From assembly GCA_038893995.1 (NCBI GenBank), contig JAWAQK010000066.1, forward strand, positions 1 through 11,828: 11,828 nucleotides of DNA. Reading direction: 5' to 3'. The position numbers were made by a program, and so were the translations under genes. This DNA is from Candidatus Thorarchaeota archaeon (GTDB lineage: Archaea > Asgardarchaeota > Thorarchaeia > Thorarchaeales > Thorarchaeaceae). Below, in pieces: positions 1-7,200 of the stretch. Below the pieces are notes generated by a model. The model did not search any database, was not told where the DNA came from, and saw only the letters and a list, made by a program, of their open reading frames with translations. Within the stretch, counting starts at the first letter, position 1. Every line of letters starts with the position of its first letter.

Positions 1-1242
1 ACTGAAATAGTCGGAAACGTCCTTGCGGACTTTCCAGTTGGTGACGACTACACGATCTATCTCTATTTCAACGACACGCTGAACAACCGGCCCGTTGAGA
101 ACGCCTCTGCAACTGCCATATGGGAGAATGGGACGGTGTTGCTCACCCACGTGGGCAATGGTGTCTATCGCTTTGGTCCGTCGGAGACCGGCATTAGTAG
201 GCTCGAGATAAGGAGTCTGCCCTACTATATCACAGTCATCATGTCGAAGGGCAACTACAGCAGAGAACAGGTGACAGTCGGCATTGTCATCCGCCCCATT
301 AGGACGCAGATCATGATACTTAGTGCACCCGTGGAGGTCTATGTGGGCCAGGAGTTCACGGTCACGATCACCTACTGGGACTTGGACCACAACTTGCCAA
401 TCGCCGGAGCGATGAACTCTACAACTGGCACTCAGCTCGTGAGAGTGGGGCGGCTTGACAAGATGTATGGCAATGGTACATACGTCTTTGGATTCATGGG
501 TAGGTCTGTACAACAGTACCTGCTCAAGATAGCCCTCAGCAAGACGGACTACTCCGTTGCAGAGGCCACACTGGTGGTCTTTGTCCTGCTGTCACCAGAA
601 CAACAGATGCTCACCACGAGCATCTTCTATGGCGCTCTCCTGATCATGGCCGCGGTGGCATTGGGGACTGCATATGTGAGAGTATGGTCGGTGCCCAAGC
701 TGCTGAGACGCATCAGGTCGATGATAAAGGCACTGGACAAGGGAGTCATACCGACAGCACCACCTGTTCGTGACAGGAGATCATTGATATTGTCCTTCAT
801 GAACGAGGATCTTCGACCCCTATCTATCGTGAAGGGAGAGGAGGACCTGGCAAGATCTACAGTCGATGTCACAGTCCTTGATGTTGATCTGCTACTCGAG
901 GAGCTTCGGGCTGTCGTTGGCCTGACAGACTCTGACATAGCGGTCCTGCGCGAGGACCTTGAGAAGATGAGACCCAGTGAACGGGCCGGCTTCATAAGCG
1001 AGGTCATCAAACAGGAGCGGGCGCGTAGAGCCCGAGAGATAGCTGAGAGTACTAGACCGCCCGAAGAGAGGGCTGCTATGGCAAGGAAACCCACGGAGGA
1101 GGAACTTGCCCTGTTCAAGGAGAAACTACTTGCTATGGGAATTGAAGAGACCGAGGCCGACCTCATGGTGGAACAGGCCAGGACTCTGACAAAGGCCGAG
1201 ATAGATGCGCTGCTGGATCAGATAGGAGGTGACAAGGATTGA
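1..1242 (+). CDS. 5'-truncated large surface protein (paralog A): last two Ig-like repeats, single TM helix, ~185-aa helical cytoplasmic tail
   Basis: Frame 1 is open from base 1 (TEIVGNVLADFPVGDDYTIYLYFNDTLNNRPVENASATAIWENGTV...), so the GTG at 136 is internal. Two ~100-aa beta-rich repeats carry Y/F-x-D...A...GNG-x-Y motifs. A hydrophobic segment (IFYGALLIMAAVALGTAYVRVW, ~622-687) is followed by basic residues, and the tail is homologous to that of the downstream ORF. Stop is TGA at 1240-1242. Confidence 0.92.
   Translation, partial: TEIVGNVLADFPVGDDYTIYLYFNDTLNNRPVENASATAIWENGTVLLTHVGNGVYRFGPSETGISRLEIRSLPYYITVIMSKGNYSREQVTVGIVIRPIRTQIMILSAPVEVYVGQEFTVTITYWDLDHNLPIAGAMNSTTGTQLVRVGRLDKMYGNGTYVFGFMGRSVQQYLLKIALSKTDYSVAEATLVVFVLLSPEQQMLTTSIFYGALLIMAAVALGTAYVRVWSVPKLLRRIRSMIKALDKGVIPTAPPVRDRRSLILSFMNEDLRPLSIVKGEEDLARSTVDVTVLDVDLLLEELRAVVGLTDSDIAVLREDLEKMRPSERAGFISEVIKQERARRAREIAESTRPPEERAAMARKPTEEELALFKEKLLAMGIEETEADLMVEQARTLTKAEIDALLDQIGGDKD
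1224..1232 (+). promoter_or_regulatory. Shine-Dalgarno site AGGAGGTGA for the giant ORF
   Basis: Perfect AGGAGGTGA 6 nt upstream of the TTG at 1239. The TTG overlaps the upstream TGA stop (TTGA). Confidence 0.85.
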
Positions 1243-4200
1243 GGCACTTGAGGACCATCCTGGTATTCGTCGGACTGCTGCTGGTGATTGGCATCCCGGC
1301 AATCGTCTGGGCCCCCTCATACGAGCAGGTCACGCCTTCTGCAGTGACTGCTCCAGGTAGCGAAGGTCCCTCACGCCTGGTCGACCTTGGTGATGGCTTC
1401 GTCGTCGAAGTGGGGCCCTCCGAAACCCTGTACAGGTACACCCTGACAGAACAGGGTCTTGTAGAATGGGTGTCTCAGTCAGACCCGCTCCTGGCCTATG
1501 AGTACGGTCGTGGCGTCCATTCACAGCAACAACTTACCATGCGCTACATTCCGGGGTCAGGCACTACTGGCACATCACTCGTCGTGCCCACTGGGGCCGG
1601 CTGGGAGGGGTACCACGTAGATGTCTCTGTGAGCGGACTGACTGAGAACCGCACATGGGTCCAGAATCCGGACTTCACGACTTCGCTCACTCCCTGGACG
1701 GCAGGGACATCAAATGCGGGTTCTTTCAGCCTACCCATAACCCGATACCTCGCAGACGGTCGTGGCCCCGGTGACGGGTGTGTCGAGTTCGAGATCGACT
1801 CCCAATCCACTTCTGCGCCGTACTTCTACGATGCCGACGATCTCGCGTACGTGAGCCAGACCCTGACCATCAATAGGGGTACCGTGGTCTGGGCCGGGTT
1901 CAGGATGGACTACTGGGCCGATACGCAGGACGACACTCATTACGGAATGGAGGGTTCGTTCGCGATCTATGTTGATATTGAGGGTCAGAGGGAGTACATC
2001 CTGGTCTTCGGCGACATAGGTGCTGAGGAGACATGGTTTACCTCGCCAATGGTAGAGGTGAACCCCTCGATATTCGCCCTGCCCTCCGATCAGTCCGTGA
2101 GCCTGCAGATTGGTCTCTGGAGCAAGGTCACAGTCGGCTACACTCCCGAGATTGGCCCCCGTGCTAGAGTAGACAACTTCGAGCTCTACCTGAAGACCAG
2201 GGCAACACCAAGCAGTGTCAGTCTCACGATGAATGGAATAGCTGTGCAGGACGGGTCCGGGTATGGTCAGGGCTCCGTGAGTCAGACGCCGGGCACACCA
2301 TGGCACATGAATCCCATACTACTGAATTTCACATGGACGCCCAGTCCAAACCCGCCAAGTCCCAATCGTGTCATAGTGGTCGAGTTTGACGTGTCCGCGA
2401 CAATGTTCGCAAGAAGGTTGAACGTTCCGACGGTGTGGGACATATCTCCCACGGCCTACGGAGAGACTCTCCGTGTCCAAAACGGCACGGATGTGTTCCA
2501 CGCCACATACTTCTACGCTGACATCCCGTTCGGCTACGAGGACATGTACTTCTTCAACGTGTCATTAGATACGGACCGCGATGTCTACACTGTTGCAAGA
2601 CCTCTGGCACCATCAACGAATCTCACGAGCGGATGGACTGGTGGCCAGCCGGGTGACGGGTTCTTGAACGTATCAGCATATCTCGTCGCCACTGGTGCTG
2701 GAAGGTACGGTTACTGGCGTATACTCAGCAGGTCTCCCAATATGATCTCCGAAATCCAGATGTTCGACAAGACGAGTCTGACCTGGAAGAGGACAGTCGA
2801 CCTACGTGCTGGTATGACCACTAGGGCAAGGGCATTTGTCGGTGCCGCCTACCAGAACTCACTGGTGAACTTCACAGTCTACGCTCCTAGCGGCGCGACC
2901 TGGACGACTCTGAGTGCGGTTGTAGATGCTCAGGGATATGCCACGACCACCACCTTCACCCTGGGCGGAGGCAACGCCACGGCTGGACAATGGATGGTTG
3001 AGGCAAGGTCGAACGACAGGGGAACAAGTGGCCACTGGACACATGCAGGATTCTTCAAGAGGACGTTCTCGGTGACACACGCATCGAGCCTGAAGATGGT
3101 GTATCCCACCGAGGCTGCACAGACTTGGGTCACCAATGTCACGTACGGTGACCTGATGCTCTTGATAGTGAGAGCGAACGACACTGACAGTGGGACACCC
3201 ATCGCTGGCGGTTCCCTTCAGTACAGCTGGATCGGTGGCAGTGGCTCATTTGATGACACAGGCACCGGCGACTACACGAAGGTATTGGACACATCTGTGA
3301 TTCAGCAATATGGCTCCGGCCAGTATGTCATCACTCTGAGCTGGTCGGCGTCCTACTATGATCCGCGCGTCGCGTATCTGACTGTCAATGTCAACTATCG
3401 TGCGACTCTGACTTCTCCACAGTATCCTGGTATCTCAGGGGCAGTCGGGTCAGGACAGTGGTTCGATGTAGTCTTCCAGAATGTCAACGGCACCGGCATA
3501 ACAGGCGCACTCATCACCTGCAACTGGACCAGCTCCTATTCTGTGAACCCTCAAGGAGGAGGTCTCTACCGGGTCAGCCTGTCAGGATCTGGTGTTCCAC
3601 TGGGCCGATACCTTCTGCAGGTCTATGCCCGCGCGCCGTTTGTTGTGACTCAATCACTATTGATCTATGTTGACGTACGTGAGATCTACAACATTGTGGA
3701 CTACTCGGCCAACCAGCTATCGATACCGGTTGGTGAATCACGATCTTTCACTCTCAGATGGACTGACGTAGAGACTGGCCTGCCAATAACTGGAGGTAGT
3801 TCCTACATCACATGTAACTGGACATCAGCTGCGCCCGTGGACTACACTGTCACTGAGAAGTCTTCAGGTCTATACGAGATCGTCATCTACACTAGTGATT
3901 CCGACCCTCTTACTGGACCGAACGAGTTTCGTAACGTGGTGTTCAATGTAAACAGACGGTACTACCAGAACCATACGTTCACGATTGGAGTACAAGTCCG
4001 TACACATAACACCCTGTTCGTGTTGGACTCTCCAGTGGAGCAGACCCCGTATGGGTCCACCATTGTGGTGCTCGTCTACTATGAAGACATTGACCTGATG
4101 CTACCTATCACTAATGGCACGGGCAATGTCCGCATCGTAGTCACTTCGTCCGGTGTCTCTGACCTACGATATCACGTCCTGCCCTCTAGTCTGGGAAACG

Positions 4201-7200
4201 GTCACTATAACATAACCATCGGTGCAAACCAGTGGGGCAACATTGGGTGGAAAGATCTGGTCATCACCGTTGAATGGACAGGACCTGTCCTGAAGTACAT
4301 GGGTAAGACTATCATGACGTCTGTGCGAGTCCTGGGAACGAATACGGACCTATTCATCGAGCAGGCTCCGCCGGTCACCTACTACCTTGAGACGGTGTCC
4401 TTCACCATAGTGTACTACGACTCGGTCAACGCGACGAGGATATCAAACAGTACGTTCCACGTCCATCTGTCGATCTCACCCATCACACCCGGTCATCCTG
4501 TGACCCAGTCAGACTTCGTCATTCATGAGATTGGCACCTCGGGGGTGTACTCTCTCTCGATCGACAGCACGAAGTTCGGAAAGACTGGAGTCTTCTCATT
4601 CTTGATTGGAGTGTCTTGGGACCTCGGAGTCGCGCCGCACTACGAGAATCGAACCCTTCTCGTGACACTGGTGATCCTCGAACGTCCCACCTACCTGGAT
4701 TACCAGATTGCCCCCTCGGCGCCATACGGCCTGCCAGTGACATTCGTGTTTGCCTACGTTGACTCATTGACCGCCACCAGGATACCACAGTCCGCATCGC
4801 TACACATTCTTATCAACGAGCCCTATGTCGTCTACAGCTACGAATACAGTGCAGTTGATCGGTCGTTCACGCTGACGATCAACACATCCAGTCTGGGTGG
4901 CGTAGGGACCTTCATCATCCATCTGAACATCACCTGGGTCGGTGCGCCATACTACGCATCTATCCCCGCGTATTCCCTCAGTGTGAGCGTTCTGTACAGG
5001 AACACACAGCTGGTGCATGAACCATTCCAGCTGCCTCAGTACGGCAGCAGTGTGGTGTTCACATTCACCTACATCGATCTGGTATCCGGCAGTCCTCAGG
5101 GAATGGTCGGCGTGCTCAGTCTGAATGAGACTCTGTACGGGTACTACTCGGTAGTCTTCCTGGGCGACGGAGTCTTTCGCGTCACGCTAGACACGTCAGG
5201 ATTTCCATCCACTGGCAGGTACACCATTCTGGCCAGGGTGGTGTACACTGGCACCAATTTTGAGAACAACGCGACCGAGACCCTTGCAATCACAGTGTTG
5301 CCAAGGTCTACTCAGATGATCTATTATAGCCCTGACCCCGCCCAGTACTTGGACTCTGTTGTCTTCGTGCTCACATACGTTGACGACTTGTCTGGCAGTG
5401 GAATCGATGGTGCATCAATCACTGTGAGTTGCAACACATCCAGTCTGCCCCTAGTCAGAGACAGCAATTACTGGGTCACACCTCTTGGGAACGGAAACTA
5501 CAGGGTCTCTGTCAGCACCGTTGCACTCGGTAGCCTTGGGACATTCATCCTCAACGTTACTGCATCCTATTCCGGTGCTCCCTTCTACCACGCGAACAGT
5601 AGGACGTTGAACGCCCGAGTGACTGAGAGAGCGACGGCCATCCTCATTGTTCGGACTCCAGGCGACACGCCGTTCCTCGAGAACGTGACTCTGAGGTTCA
5701 GATACATCGACAGCACTACAGGCGCTCTCATAATCCTGTCCAAGAGCAACATAGTCCTCAAGCACGGGCCATCCCAGTCTGTGATTGCTGCGAGTCAGTA
5801 CTACCTGCTCTACTCCGGGACCTACTACGAAATAGGGTTCAACTCCACTCTCCTGAGCCCAACGTCACTGGTCACAAACTGGGAGATTCTGATGGAGATC
5901 GATATGGGTCTCGTTGAACCGTTCTATGCTGCAAAGTCCGCAACGACTCGGGCCAACACCATAGAGCGTCCAACCACTATCACGTTCCCGCAGGTCTCGG
6001 TAGTCCCATACCTGAGTAACCTCACGATTGTCGTCAGGTACCTCGACTATCTCCGGGGCGTTGGCGTGAGCGGAGCCGATGTCTCGGTCTCCTTCTTGAA
6101 CATCTCGAATCCAGTATATCACCTGATAGTGCTACCCGGTGGAGAGTATAAGCTCATCGTACCCACTGGTCAGTTTGGCAGACCCGGAACCGTCTACTTC
6201 AGCCTGACCCTCAGCAGATCAGGACTGCCCTTCTATGCGTCCAGGTCTATCACCGATGTTCCAGCTGTTGTCAGGCCTATTCAGGCTCTCCTTGTTGTCC
6301 CAGCTGCCTCTCTCGGTGTCTTGCCTCCAGGGTATCCAATAGTCATCAATGCCACACTGTACGACATGGACTACGGCGGGGTGGTGTCGGGTGCCACTGT
6401 CACGACGACTTGGACAGCGGTGACAGGCAGACCGTACCAGGTGCATGAGATTCAACCCGGTGTGTACAGGATCACACTCGATACACAGGGACTCCTGGCT
6501 CAGAAGTATACGTTTAGTGTGATTGCTCAGAAGCAGCACTTCGCTGATGCCTCCGCACCTGTAGTCGTTCAGCCAGGTTCACAGATATTGGCCGTTGAAC
6601 CGAGAACGTTGTACTTCTCTGCGGAATGGGGTCAACTCATACATGTGGTCGTTGATGTCAGACAGTTCCAGGACAACACTCCAGTCCCCGGGGCCAGTGT
6701 CGTCCTGTCATGGGGCACTCTCAATCTGGAGTTTGCAGATCTGGGAAATGGAACATACTCCCTTGACCTAGACACATCTCTCGGCAGGGCCGGAGCATAC
6801 ACCCCGACTATCACCGTGTCAAGGGCATTCTACCAGCCCCGACAGGTCGTTGTAGACCTGTTGGTATTCAAGGCAAATGGTGTCATTATTCCCTCCGTCC
6901 CAGTCCTCAACATAGTGAGGTCGACAAGTCAGTACCTGGTGGTCTATCTCAGCGACGTCAGAAGAGGTATACCGATTTCCGATGCACTGGTGAGTGTGGA
7001 GTGGAATACTGTCACCTATCCGATGTCCTACAATGGGACTCCGGGTTATTACGCTGCACTCATCGATACAGTGGGACTCCCCATGGGTCTACACTCCGCC
7101 GTTGTGCGGGCCAGTCACGACAATCTTATGTTCCTCGACCTGACAGTCGACGTAAGTATCATCCCTGTTCCTGCCAGAGTAGGCCTCGTGGGCGGGGCGA

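Noticed and set aside
136-138. GTG start of the first ORF as given in the ORF track
   Set aside because: The frame is open to base 1 and the upstream residues continue the repeat pattern, so the gene starts outside the window.
627-1166. 179-aa minus-strand ORF, similar to the 231-aa minus-strand ORF at 8363-9058
   Set aside because: Both are Ser/Arg-rich antisense shadows of the paralogous E/L/R-rich helical tails. Their mutual similarity follows from the sense-strand homology.
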